A stretch of 63,959 nucleotides of DNA, filler included, from Basidiobolus ranarum (GCA_040143965.1; 55 parts of 55 records of this genome joined end to end with filler, not necessarily neighbours in it); one strand, 5' to 3'; counted from the first letter of the whole stretch, positions 24,526-37,340 are shown. The notes: generated by a model not told the origin, from the sequence alone. Numbers and translations are program-made.

Positions 24526-24958
24526 ATGCCTGATTGAGTAAACTCCATTGATTTGACAAAATCTACAGCAAGATTGTGCATTGTGCCCGCAAAAACCTCC
24601 AAGTTTGCTGATGGCAGGAGTGTCACCAATGCACACAATGATATTAGCTTTAAGAAAATATGCACCCATTTGAACCCCATTAGATAACCATTCAAATTCC
24701 ATAATCAAAGGCTCCAAGAAGCTAACTATAAGCACTGGTGATTTAGGTCCACATATGATGGATAGTATCAAAATATTATGACTCTTATACCATTCAGAAG
24801 GAGGAAGATTTAAGTTGCGTAAAATTATTGGCCAGCAAGCCTTTCCAACGGTATATTTGTTTAGTGAGAAACCATCAAGAGCCAATGCAAATGCATGATC
24901 ATATGTGTTCTAAAAGAAACCTTGACTTTTCAGATTCTGGTAGTGATATTCATCAAGT
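24526..24958 (-). mobile_element. CACTA transposase catalytic core (Transposase_21/Tnp2-like)
   Basis: ALDGF...WPIILRNLNLPPSEWY...GPKSP...FLEPL...GDTPAISK.GGFCGH..CCRFC. Confidence 0.93.
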
Positions 24959-25591
24959 TGTTGAAGTTTATTGTCTTTATCATATTTGTTATCTCTTTCT
25001 TTATACACCTAAGTATTTCATATATCACACATAAGTTAGTTAACATCACTTAGTCAAATATCACTTAGCTGAAAATTGGAACATACATTATATATATGTG
25101 AATAATGGGAGAATTAGCAATTCCATATTGGAAATGTCAAACTCATGCAAATTGCCCCAAAGATAGCTCATTTTACTCCCACAGATGTTCTGAACACAAC
25201 CCCAGTGTTAGTTTTTTGTATTTCCACCAAAAAGTGTAATTGCTTTATTTCTGGACAATAAACAATTATCTCACACAGCTATTCACAACTCCACTTTTCT
25301 AAAGTTCCTCCAAGCAGCCCATATTTTCCCAATAGGTTATGAGCCCTGTGTTCTAACCTTGACAGCATGACAGAAACCACTACTACCACTTTTATTAACT
25401 CAAGTGCTGAAAAGCTTGATGCAGACAATTACAATTTCTGGAAGTTCAAGATGCAAATCATGCTGGAAGACAGGGAGCTTTGGGATGTAGTCTCTGGAGA
25501 TGAAAAGGAGCCTTTTGACCCTTCTTTATTGGAAGCTTACAAGAAAAGAGACAAGAAGGCCTTTAATGTCATTTGTCAGAGTTTGAAGGAT
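24959..25591 (+). mobile_element. Copia A complete 5' LTR (24959-25334), PBS (25335-25350) and gag (from 25367)
   Basis: KLDADNYNFWKFKMQIMLEDRELWDVV is a copia gag N-terminus; the element is inserted in CACTA transposase. Confidence 0.95.
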
Positions 25592-25691
25592 NNNNNNNNN
25601 NNNNNNNNNNNNNNNNNNNNNNNNNNNNNNNNNNNTTAATTAATTAANNNNNNNNNNNNNNNNNNNNNNNNNNNNNNNNNNNNNNNNNNNN

Positions 25692-26757
25692 ATCAATTTG
25701 ATCTGGATTGGATCCACCGTCCAAAATAGCAAAACTTTCAGAGAACCATCACAATATCACTGGCTTGCATTCTGCACAGGATTTTGATGGTGGGATGCTG
25801 GTTTCTTGATGGTATATTAATGGTATTCATACATGTCAAAATATTGATCCTCAAATTCGGGATGCATTTTTGAATATCCCGCAATTGTTGCAAAAATATA
25901 ATTTTCAAATGGCAAATTACTGGGTTTACTGCTGTAGGAATTTGAATTAATATGCATACCTTTATTTAGATATTTTAGGCCTTGTATTCCAGCCATAATG
26001 AGAATCAAAAAAAACAAGAATCTCAATGTGTTTAGTCTCTACATATGCACATCTTGCAGTCAACAAATGTCATGCCACAAATAGATGTGTCATTGCTTGA
26101 ATAGATTACCCCATAGCTAAAATGTTAATACTGTGTATCTCCATCTATCTCACCAAGAAGTCTGTCTTGCAGCTTTCTTAAAAATACCGTCAGATTATCA
26201 CACAAGCAAATTAGTCCAATCATAAAGGGACTTATTCTGTGTCCATGGATTGGGCTTTGATGCTGTTATTGTGCTCCAACAATGCAAAAACCCATGAGCA
26301 CATTGAAAAGAGCCCTTTGTTGGCAGGTTAATATACTCTGGAGTCTCCTTAATCAATCACATTACATCCCTCACTGATTTTGCCAATACATTGTTAATCT
26401 GATTAGCATATGGTAATACTGACAATTTCACACGGAGCATCATTTCACCACAGGTGTGCTCCATAGGGAACTCCCAGAATGTATAGCAAGGGCTTATGAT
26501 CCCAAAGCATTGTAAAAGATGCAGCATGAAATGTATTGAATACTGGCATAGATTCAGTCTATCTTCTTGAAACCTGTAATAAAGTTATTCATATCCAATT
26601 GCCAAATCCTCACACATTTGCTGTATCTGCATTCTGGTAATATAACTGTGGTAACTCCACAGTATCTTGACTTTTGGCAGTGTTACCTAAACTTTGAGGC
26701 AAACTACAGTCAGTGGACTCAATAGGCAAAACTAAAGTTGATATAGTGCACTTATTA
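25692..26757 (-). mobile_element. Internally deleted CACTA: terminus A region plus transposase C- and N-terminal pieces
   Basis: FWEFPMEHTCGE on the minus strand pointing to terminus A; a deletion junction near 26630 joins to N-terminal sequence. Confidence 0.85.
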
Positions 26758-26857
26758 NNNNNNNNNNNNNNNNNNNNNNNNNNNNNNNNNNNNNNNNNNN
26801 NTTAATTAATTAANNNNNNNNNNNNNNNNNNNNNNNNNNNNNNNNNNNNNNNNNNNN

Positions 26858-27321
26858 AAACCATGGAGTTACCTCAGTTATATGACCAGAATGATGTAGG
26901 TCAAAATGCAACTTTAGTTGAACCAGTAAGTCCAGACAACTTTGAGGACTTGCTGCTGGATGTTGATGTTGGTTATTCCAGTACCAATGGTAGTATATGA
27001 GAGGCCAACAAAGAAGACAACAGTTTTATTAAGGCTCTTTGTTATCAGCAAACATTAGTGCACTCATAACACTTACTGTAAAGGAAGCAGCTTTGATTAC
27101 TGAAGAGTGGAGAGTTCAATCCAATCTTAGCAACCAGTTGTTTATTGGTTTTCTTACACTTTTACCACAGTTGATTGGCAACTGCTGCTTACCACAGGCC
27201 TGATACAAGTGGAAAACACTTGTCAATTGTATGACTTATAATCCTTTGTTAAATAAACTACCTTCATGTCCAAATGGTTGTTTGGCTCTCACCATTAATC
27301 TGAAAAACCTGAAGTCAAGTA
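26858..27321 (+). mobile_element. CACTA transposase N-terminal part
   Basis: Aligns with 8185-8450 and 39240-39568. Confidence 0.85.
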
Positions 27322-27663
27322 TGTGGAAATTAGGTAAATAGCAACTCATTGTTTAGTAGTAGGTTTATTCATATTTTGATTATTTAGTACTTAATTCTGT
27401 CATTCGAAATGTGTGTTTATTGCTCTAATTGATAGAAATATCAATTAGATCACTTTTACCAATTTTCACTATTTTCTCAAAACTTCTCCAAATCATCTCA
27501 AATTTTCACCCATGCTTAATGGGCATGTCTGTTATGATCTAAGCACGTCCAATAGTACTATTTTATAGTAAACTATAAATAGGACATATTCAATTCAATA
27601 AAACTTAAGTGTCTAATTCACAAATCGAAATCTTGTCTAAAGCACTTCCAAATCCCCTAAACA
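27322..27663 (+). mobile_element. Possible LTR (family D), followed by a copia A RT fragment to 27923
   Basis: TG...CA limits with TATAAATA and AATAAA; then FKMTNVGELMYFLG. Confidence 0.55.
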
Positions 27664-28035
27664 CTTTTATCAAATTCAAGATGACCAATGTAGGTGAACT
27701 TATGTATTTTTTAGGTCTGCAGATCCATACAGATATATTGAGTAAATCTATCACTCTGAATCAATCTAAATACATCTCAGACATTCTCGGATGTTACAGG
27801 ATGCAGAATTGTAAGCCAGTAGCAACTCCCATGGATCCAGGTGTGAAACTAGTCAAAAATCCCATCCAAAATGATGAAAATCAGCCAAATATGGCTCAAA
27901 ATATGTCATTTGAAAGCCCTGAGNNNNNNNNNNNNNNNNNNNNNNNNNNNNNNNNNNNNNNNNNNNNTTAATTAATTAANNNNNNNNNNNNNNNNNNNNN
28001 NNNNNNNNNNNNNNNNNNNNNNNATTAAGGGAAGG

Positions 28036-28352
28036 TGTTGGATAATTAATCTTTATTCAACATCATCGTTAACTTTAGTTATGATACATATATCAGAAAC
28101 AGAAAGCAACATATCTATAGCCCCTGTATTCTAAATAGGAATATCTCTATATCTATATAACAAGTGTGTCTTATAATCCCCATTTATCTATAATATCTTA
28201 TTACACAAACTCCTGAATATCTCAAACAATCAATTTACTTTTCTACTATATAAGTCACCATATACTCTAGAGAGTAAACTAACTAAAACAAGCTATCATA
28301 AGTTGCTTCTAATACTCAAAGTCTACCCCCATTATGCCAAGATCCTCCAACA
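28036..28352 (+). mobile_element. Copia B 3' LTR (TGTTGGA...TCCAACA) after PPT AAGGGAAGG
   Basis: The PPT/LTR junction is also at 39669-39690; the LTR end precedes gag at 29216. Confidence 0.9.
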
Positions 28353-28844
28353 GTTTCACTACTCAAATAGCTGCTTGATTCCAGAATATGATATAATAGT
28401 TTGTTCTTCTTGGTTTCAATACTTGTAGTGAGGTCTGAGACAGGATTATTGCTTATTGGTTTTCTGCTAGCAATATTCACTACAGAGATTGGTAATGATT
28501 TGAGCATTGTCATATATTCATCAATGGTTGATGTTTTAGACCTTGTCCCAGATGTAATATTTTCTAAATTTGGATAATGTTGATAGATATTTTCAAATTT
28601 CAAATTTGGCCTAATTCCAGTCTTTATTTCCAATGTATCATTTTTCAAGTTAGTTTCAGTGCTTGTTGGCTCAAGATTGGTTTCAGAACTTGTTAACTCA
28701 GAGTTTGAGTTATTGGGAAATTGATTTTCAGCCAAATCCAATTACCTTGATTAGAAGATTTGAGATTTTCTTAAATGAATATAATATCTCTGGAGTTGAT
28801 GATTTAATTTGTGCCAGCAATTAGGAGACAATAATCTTTGTTCT

Positions 28845-29088
28845 TGGTGGAAGATCTTGACATATTGGGGTTGACTTTATGTATTAGAAGCAACTTATGT
28901 TAGTGTGTTTTAGTTAATTTATTCTCAAGAGTATATGGTGACTTAAATAGTAGAAAAGTAAATCAATTGTTTGAGATATGAAGGAGTTTGTGTAATAAGA
29001 TATAATAGATAAGTGGGGGTAATAAGACATACTTGTTATATAGATATAGATATATTCCTATTTAGAATATAGGGGTTATAGATACCTT
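28845..29088 (-). mobile_element. Second copia B LTR, inverted
   Basis: Reverse complement of 28110-28352. Confidence 0.88.
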
Positions 29089-29188
29089 NNNNNNNNNNNN
29101 NNNNNNNNNNNNNNNNNNNNNNNNNNNNNNNNTTAATTAATTAANNNNNNNNNNNNNNNNNNNNNNNNNNNNNNNNNNNNNNNNNNNN

Positions 29189-30253
29189 ACCCCCATTATG
29201 TCAAGATCCTCCAACATGATAGCAGCAAGTAATTAGAGTCTTCTTCCCAAAAGGAGATTACTACTATTCCAACATTCAATGGGGAAGATTTCCATAAAAC
29301 AAAATTCACAATGCAACTTGTGCTTGAAGGAAAACATGTCTGGGAAGTAGTTCAACCAGATGAAGAAGAAGAAACTTCTGATGAAGAAAGTACCGATTCT
29401 GACACTGAAACAAAGAAACCAACATGTAAAGAAGCCAGGGCAGCCTTGAAAGAAAAAGACAGATTGGCTTTTAGGGAAATATGTCTAAGACTGGGATCAC
29501 AACAACTTATGCTAGTCAGTGATGCTGACTCTGTCAAGAATGCATGGGAAATCCTAGTGGAACATTATGAGCAAAAAGGGCTTGCTCACTTGATGATGCT
29601 ACAAAGAAAATTCTTAAACCCTTGTATGTCTGAGTACTCAGATATCATGACATATGTAAATGGTGTCAAGAAACTTGCCCAACAACTGGAATCAGTGAAT
29701 TATGAAGTACCTGAAATGGATATAATTCTTACCATAATCAATGGTCTCCCTGAATCATATTCAGCCCTTGTACTCACTTTGGAAGCAATTGGGGATAAGC
29801 TTACTCAGCATTATCTGATCTCTTGTCTATGTCAAGAAGAATTTAAAAGGAAAGACAAAAGTCAGCTTGCAGATGAAACAAAAACTACACCAGCATTTTA
29901 TTCCCAAAATAGTCAACCAGAATGGAGCACTGTGAAATATTACAAATGTGGAAAACTGGGAAATATAGCACATTACTGCAGATCAAAGAAGAAATGGGCT
30001 TGACAGAAAACGGAAGCATATAACACCACTAAAAGAGGAAATGAACACTATGTATTCATGGCAACCTCTAAATCAGGAAATGACTCTGCTGAGATATGGA
30101 TTCTAGATTCTGGTGCAAGTGATCATATGTGTCACAATAGAAACATAATGCATGACTATAAGCAAATAGAACCTCTGGACATCATGGTAGCTGGAAGAAA
30201 CAAACTGGTTGCATATGGAATGGTAAAGGTCACACTTGACTTACAAATAAGTA
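29189..30253 (+). mobile_element. Copia B LTR end, PBS (29217-29227), gag with zinc-knuckle remnant and protease
   Basis: FNGEDF, INGLPESY, KCGKLGNIAHYC and WILDSGASDHM motifs. Confidence 0.95.
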
Positions 30254-30779
30254 NNNNNNNNNNNNNNNNNNNNNNNNNNNNNNNNNNNNNNNNNNNNTTA
30301 ATTAATTAANNNNNNNNNNNNNNNNNNNNNNNNNNNNNNNNNNNNNNNNNNNNGATTAAAATTGTGATGGTTTTTACAACAGTAACTATCCTCAAAACTC
30401 TGCTAGGGTGTTACCAAACTTGCATACCATTCCTTAGCTTCATTATGATAAAAGCTAGCAAGAAGATGTTTATATATTATGTAACTGAATAGTAAAGTTC
30501 TATGTAGCTATCATAAAGTTGAAAACCAGCTATATCAGTAAAGAAATTATACAAACTTACTCAGCACTTTGGTACCATTTCAAAATTTTGCTACATTGAC
30601 TGTGTCTCATGATATTGCTTAAGAGATGGAATGCAAAGCTGTTTCATATCCACTAAGCAGTATTCTTTGTGCTACAAAGGAATCTATTCTTGTGAACAGC
30701 ACAACTGAATCTCTGATCCAGCTGGACACAGCCTAGTAAGCTTACATGGAATACTTGAGTACTATTTGCCTGAAAGAAA

Positions 30780-31305
30780 AATGAAAATCTTAAATTATGT
30801 GTGGTGTACAGAGCTCTGAATACCTTATGGTGAAAATTTTGTATCCACTACCTACAATTAATTGTTTATTTACTCAACTTGGTAATGTTGGAATTTTCTC
30901 CAAAACTGACTTGATCAGGATCAAATTGGTGAATACCCCACAGTTTTTGTTAAATACCAGATTATGACATTAAGAGTTTGTGGCAATGAGCTTTGGCCTT
31001 ACTAATGCACCTGCCACATTGTGACACTGATGAAATCTATTCTTGACTCCTATCTGTACAAGCCTCTTCTGATATACTTATATAGTATGCTTATGTACCA
31101 ACTCTTGAAGAATATCTACACCATTTAGAGATCATATCAGGTATATTGCAAGAACACAAGCTATCTGCTTATTACTAAAATGTGAACTTTTATCCAGGTC
31201 AGTAGAGTTCCTAGGTCATCTAATTACAGACAAGGAACATTGCATGGATCATGCCAAGATTGAAGCTATTAAAGATTGGAAGCCTCAAAATCTCTTACTG
31301 AAATG
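30780..31305 (+). mobile_element. Highly decayed Ty3/gypsy RT, followed by copia A LTR (31308-31418, reverse)
   Basis: Remnants of MSFGLTNAPAT, KCE and VEFLGHLI. Confidence 0.7.
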
Positions 31306-32166
31306 AGTATTGGGAAAATATGGGCTGTTTGGAGGAACTTTAGAAAAGTGGAGTTGTGAATAGCTTTGTGAGATAATTATTTATTGACCAGAAATTAAGC
31401 ATTTATAAATTTTGGTGGNNNNNNNNNNNNNNNNNNNNNNNNNNNNNNNNNNNNNNNNNNNNTTAATTAATTAANNNNNNNNNNNNNNNNNNNNNNNNNN
31501 NNNNNNNNNNNNNNNNNNATGCTGACTATAGTATCTACTTCAGGCCAGATAAGACAAACCCAGTTTTATTAGCCTTATATGTAGATGACCTTATAATAGC
31601 AACCAATGACTTATACAATAAATGCAAAGAGAACCCGACACTAGGTGTAGCGAAAGGTAGCTTATCAATAGATAAAATCCATATCTGACGTGATACATTT
31701 TACAATGATGGGAAATGAATCATCACAAAAAGTCATATTTGTATACACAATATACTTAATTGTCTGATCTATTAAGGAAGTGGGTGACAAATTGAGTAAT
31801 CGCTTTTACTTAGTCGAGACAGAAGTTAACTCTTATTGGTATGGACCTATGTAATGGCTGCTGTGAATTGCCAATTATAGCACTGTACGTAATGTGGACT
31901 AGCAACGATGTTGGAGTACAGTTTAAGAGATAAATGAATCAGCGATATCTTCGCTCATGGCTTGGATGTCCAGATGAGAATTGTGTAATGTCATCAGCAG
32001 AGCAGACTGTGCCATAAGGAGATCCTAAGGGTTGGTTTATTTTGGTAATTTCCTTCAAATAATGAGCTTTATTGGTATTAAAGAAGATGGGAATTCAAAC
32101 AATCTACAAGTTAACTTAAAAATTACTACGGAAATGTCTATAAACAATCAAATACTATCAAGGTTG

Positions 32167-32583
32167 CTATTCTTTTTTGGATTTCTCAGCCTCATGATGT
32201 GGTGGTGCTACCCAATAGATAGCTCCTTGAATCATGCACGCTAGAAGAGGGGCAATCCACGGGATCCAATGCTGTTGATAATTCTCTGATGCAACTGCTA
32301 ACCCAAGGAATTTCGCAGGGTTAGCGCCAACACCACCAAAGCCTGGAGTTAAACCACCACTTACAAAAATACACAAACCGAGAGCTAAGCCAACGCAGAT
32401 AGGCCCAGTGACAGGCCCAAATACCTTCTGTTGCTTGGGGTCAATGGCGGTGCCCCAAGTAATCCATATGTAAGCCCAACTAAAAATAAATTCCAAACAA
32501 AATGCTTGACCTACTGTAACGGTCGCAGGGTCAAAGCCCCAGGAGCCAAGTTTAGTGGAGACAGTAACATCATGGCCACAGCA
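32167..32583 (-). CDS. Aquaporin (MIP), XIP-like, C-terminal half
   Basis: Frame open from the contig edge: QAFCLEFIFS...AIDPKQQKVFGP...GFGGVGANPAKFLG...HWIPWIAP. Confidence 0.92.
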   Translation of the reverse strand, partial: CCGHDVTVSTKLGSWGFDPATVTVGQAFCLEFIFSWAYIWITWGTAIDPKQQKVFGPVTGPICVGLALGLCIFVSGGLTPGFGGVGANPAKFLGLAVASENYQQHWIPWIAPLLACMIQGAIYWVAPPHHEAEKSKKE

Positions 32584-33099
32584 NNNNNNNNNNNNNNNNN
32601 NNNNNNNNNNNNNNNNNNNNNNNNNNNTTAATTAATTAANNNNNNNNNNNNNNNNNNNNNNNNNNNNNNNNNNNNNNNNNNNNTAATGCAGGAGCTGTTG
32701 TGCCCAATTGAAAATCAGGATACTGTGTTAGTGAGGGACAAATGATTGGCCTAAAAACATGTGAATGTCTTGGTTATACATTTGATTGGATAAGTTACAG
32801 TATAAATTGTTTATTGTTACACATTCAGTAATTTGTAAGTTACAAACTAGGGGATGAATTTACTTTGTAGTTACCCAAAATCATAATTCGGCAATACTAA
32901 ATCAGGTAACTTGGTACGGGCTGGCACTATATCTCTAAAAAAATCATCGTGTCTGATTGTGGTGGGATAGTGCCATATTGTACCATATAGTGTCCAATCG
33001 AGTGTTATAGGACCCAGCCATGGTAATCAACAGATTGCCCCAGATGGTGTACTAGCAGGCTGGATCAAGTGGCACAATCTGACCTGGTCCAATGGAACA

Positions 33100-33748
33100 A
33101 GTCTATTCTCCTGAATATTCTTATAGAGTTCCTCATACCCAGGGTTTAGCTCATATTCAACATAAGTTTGTACCAATTTCTCCATCAAAGCTTGCCATTG
33201 TATTAAAGTTGCTGAATCAACATTTCTCCAGCTATTTGGCAGATACCCTACAATATTGTGCCACTCTGTATTACGTTCTTCCTAGATATATGCATGGTCA
33301 ATACCAGACTGAATGTCAAGTTGAATATTCTTCTTCTGAAGCAACTTTCTGCATACTTGTACTGCTTTCTTTACTCCATACTTTTGAGAATACTCCTCAA
33401 GCACTATTACTATTTTTTACACCCTTAAAGTGTGACACTACTGAGGGTGCTTTGCAGTGTTTGTGTAGCTTTTTGCTTGCCTTTAAGTTTGGGGTTAATT
33501 CAACACTTTGAAAGTACCAGTTGAGGTTGAAGAGCTGTGAGTTTTATTTGCTGGTGTTTCAGCTTGTTGAGAGGTGCCAGGTGTGGGATAAACTTTCAAA
33601 TTTAGCACTCTTCCAACTGGTGTACCCATTTCCATGTTGAAATTAAGCTTTTTTGCCAGTATATCTGACTCTGGGAATGCAGATCTTTGTAATGGTGTGA
33701 AGAATTTGGTAAGTGGGACAGTAGAGCCTAAACTCACTGGCTCCTTTG
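33100..33748 (-). mobile_element. Putative CACTA ORF2 C-terminal region (degenerate)
   Basis: Overlaps 6600-6915 and extends it upstream. Confidence 0.75.
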
Positions 33749-33848
33749 NNNNNNNNNNNNNNNNNNNNNNNNNNNNNNNNNNNNNNNNNNNNTTAATTAA
33801 TTAANNNNNNNNNNNNNNNNNNNNNNNNNNNNNNNNNNNNNNNNNNNN

Positions 33849-34912
33849 GTGTAAAATTTGAGTTACATTTTTTGCACATGTGATGATCCATAGTTCTCTG
33901 AGATTTTAGCCAATCATTTGCAACTATTTTGCAAGATCTTGAAATTTCACTCCTGAAACAGAAAAAATTGATTAAAATCAACTATAACTTGATAATTTTA
34001 TGATGGTGAGTAAACAGTCAATCCCAAATGGATTAAAATTGTGATGGTTTTCATATGATAACAATTCTTAAATTTCTTTTATGGTAACTTAAAGTTTACA
34101 CTATGAGGCATATACTTTACTACTATCCAAATATAAACTAAACTCCATAGTTTTACCATCAAGAGCCCTGTATGATTTCAACAGAAATACTGATATGAAT
34201 TTGCTAAATAATTGGTCTGACATCACACTAGGTTTTAGCCATAAGCCAAAGATTAGATTGCTAAAGGAGATCACCTGGAGCCAGAGCTTCCCATTAGGCA
34301 CTTTGCACTTACTATTTGGCAGCATTCTGATACTACTTACTTGGCCATTTAATGGAAAATATCATACACATGAGTCATTTGTTATAGGATCAATGTTTTA
34401 ATTGATTGAGTAAATGCCTGAAAATGTGAAGATAGCATCAAATTTTACCAGGACTCCCATCATTATCCACTCATCTAGGCATTTATTCAAATGCAAAGAC
34501 TGGAAGTATTGGATTTTTATATATTCAGGTGTAGTCTTAAAAAGATTTCTGCCTGATAGATATTGGCAACATTGGGAGTTGCTTCTAAATATTGTTAATA
34601 TACTTTTACAGCATCTACTCACATTGGTGGATCTCAGGCAGATACAGTAACTGTATCATATATTTTGTAATTGGATATGAAAAACTATTATTACAGGTTT
34701 AAGGATGATAGTTTAAATCTATGCTGGTATTCAATACCTTCCCCGCAGCTTCTTTCACAGTGCTCAGAGATAGTAGGCCCTGGTTATCAATTATGAGAGT
34801 TCCCAATGGAGGGCACCTGTGGTGAAATGAAGCTCCATGTGAAATTGTCAGTATTACCAAATGCTAATCTGATTAACAACATATCAGCTGTGATGGATGT
34901 AATGTAATGTGA
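33849..34912. mobile_element. CACTA terminus B remnant (to ~34085) and a diverged transposase fragment (+, 34190-34912)
   Basis: FKCKDWKYWIFIYSG and RYWQHWELL motifs. Confidence 0.82.
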
Positions 34913-35012
34913 NNNNNNNNNNNNNNNNNNNNNNNNNNNNNNNNNNNNNNNNNNNNTTAATTAATTAANNNNNNNNNNNNNNNNNNNNNNNNNNNNNNNN
35001 NNNNNNNNNNNN

Positions 35013-36076
35013 TTTGGTTTGCAGGTTTTCCTATGAGATTTCTACTTTCATGTGCCCAAGCAATTTTGGGTCATTGTGTAGGTTTAATGGTCTGACACAT
35101 ATTCTGCTCTGCTAGATTATCATGGTGATGCTTATATGTGTGGTGCGTGATTGATTGAAATCACATATGAGAATGGATGGAGTGAGCAGCATGTTGGTGT
35201 GGCTCCAGTACAGCATGCTGAAGGTCTTGTAGCATTGTTGAGTGACTCTCTAACTGTGGACTAGTTGCTTCCAAACACTGCATTAGTTGTGATATTGTGG
35301 CATTATTGGTTGGCATGGCCTGTATAGCAACTTCATAGTTTTTACATACAATTGCATACGTATCATTACGGTGTTGTGCCTGTAATTCCCTTGTTGTAAA
35401 AATTCTATCCAAATTTTCTATGGAGGGTTGTTAAATAGTGGGCAAAGAAGGCATTTTGGTAGTTGATGGTCTTGAAGGTGTTTAGGTTGAGCTCACGAGG
35501 CAAGAGGCAGACCCATATTAGAGTACATCCCAGAGTTATTCTACTGTGGTTATTGCACCATTTGAACATCTCACAAATCCCTTAGGATATTGCAGTCATA
35601 GTTGCTGCTTACACCCTAAAACAGCTACAACTGTGGTTTGGTTGAACTTTGCTCAACTATCCATTTACTACATAATTGGGGGATTACAATCTCTTCACTT
35701 GCACTATTGCTGGAAAGGAACACTTCTGGTAAGTTGATTAATGCTTCATCATGACTTGAGTTAGTTTCTGGCTTGTTAATGACTTCCAAAGTGGACAGTG
35801 AATTGCTAGACTGCTCATCGATTAAGTCCTCTGTTCTTGCTGGTTTTTTTCCGTTTCTGCCAGCAAGCTTTTGCTTTCAGGCCAGTTAGAATTTAGACTT
35901 TGAATGCTTTTAAAGAAGATAGACTGAATCTATGCTGGTATTCAATACATTTCCTGCTGCATCTTTCACAATGCTTAGTGATTATAGGCCCTTGCAATAC
36001 TTTCCGGGAGTTCCCAATGGAGCGCACCTGTGGTGAAGTGATGCTCCATGTGAAATTGTCAGTATTACCAGATGCT
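35013..36076. mobile_element. CACTA ORF2 (minus, to ~35905) with a ~150-nt insertion, abutting a transposase fragment (+)
   Basis: NYEVAIQAM...LQHAVLE; REFPMERTCGE. Confidence 0.82.
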
Positions 36077-36176
36077 NNNNNNNNNNNNNNNNNNNNNNNN
36101 NNNNNNNNNNNNNNNNNNNNTTAATTAATTAANNNNNNNNNNNNNNNNNNNNNNNNNNNNNNNNNNNNNNNNNNNN

Positions 36177-37240
36177 AAAGCATGGTTACTCATATTGCAA
36201 ATGTGAGATCTTTCGCAAAACAACTGGAAAATATTGATGCAACTTTACAGGAAGAAGACGGCATTTTGACTCTTCTAAGTAGTCTACCAGAACAGTATTC
36301 AAACTTGGTCATAGCTTTGGAAGCAAGATCTGACAAGTTGTCTTTGGTGTTTGAAGTAGCAAGGCTAATGGATCAACATCTCAGAAGTAAGAATTTGGAG
36401 AAAGAATCAGAGGAAATGGCTTTTTTTGGAGCTGGAAAACATAGCTTTGGTAAGCACAAAGGTTACAAAAGAAGGAAACCTGGTTTATGATATGGTTGTA
36501 ATAAACCTGGACACCAGATAAAAGCTTGCATATCAAGAAATTACAATAAAAATCAGAAGTCAGAACAAGCAATTCAGGTTTCAACCAAAGAGGAAGTTTT
36601 ATTCATTTGTGCCCTATCAGGACCTCTGAACATGACCATAGGTCATGGTATATTGATTCTGGAGCCTCTGAACATTTCTCTAATCAAAAAAACTGGTATA
36701 AGACACTCAAAACTGACATAAACAAGAAGGCTTATATGGGAGATGACTGACCACTAGAAGCTCTGGGAGTAGGACAAATTGAAGTGGATCTTTAGGGCAT
36801 CTCTGGGGACATATATTTGACACTGAAAAAGTGCAATATGTGTCTCAGATAGCAAAAAATTTGTTATCAGTGAGTAAAGCTCCATATTGTGATGAACAAA
36901 AGGGTACAGACTATATGACACTAAAAATAAGAGGCTACTCAAGTCAAGGGATGCAGAATTTGCTGAAGACAAATTTTGAATCAAAACAATCTAGAATCAA
37001 GAAAAACAACCAAAAATTGATGAAAAATTTTCTTCCTCTCACAAGATCCTGATCAGTAAGACAAACATTGAAAATATCTCACCAGCAGTCTCCTCAACCA
37101 AGCCTGAGGTGATTTCATTGTCTAAATTAGTACCAGAAGTTGTAGTGCCAATTTTCCTTCTTAGGAGATCCAATTTGATGAGATCTCCACCTGATTACTA
37201 CTCTCACACTAGCCAAAAGGAGCCTAGTGCAAATTTAACC
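36177..37240 (+). mobile_element. Copia A gag-protease fused by deletion to the post-integrase region
   Basis: LLSSLPEQY, CNKPGH and WYIDSGASEH; after ~36880 it aligns with 1940-2239. Confidence 0.88.
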
Positions 37241-37340
37241 NNNNNNNNNNNNNNNNNNNNNNNNNNNNNNNNNNNNNNNNNNNNTTAATTAATTAANNNN
37301 NNNNNNNNNNNNNNNNNNNNNNNNNNNNNNNNNNNNNNNN

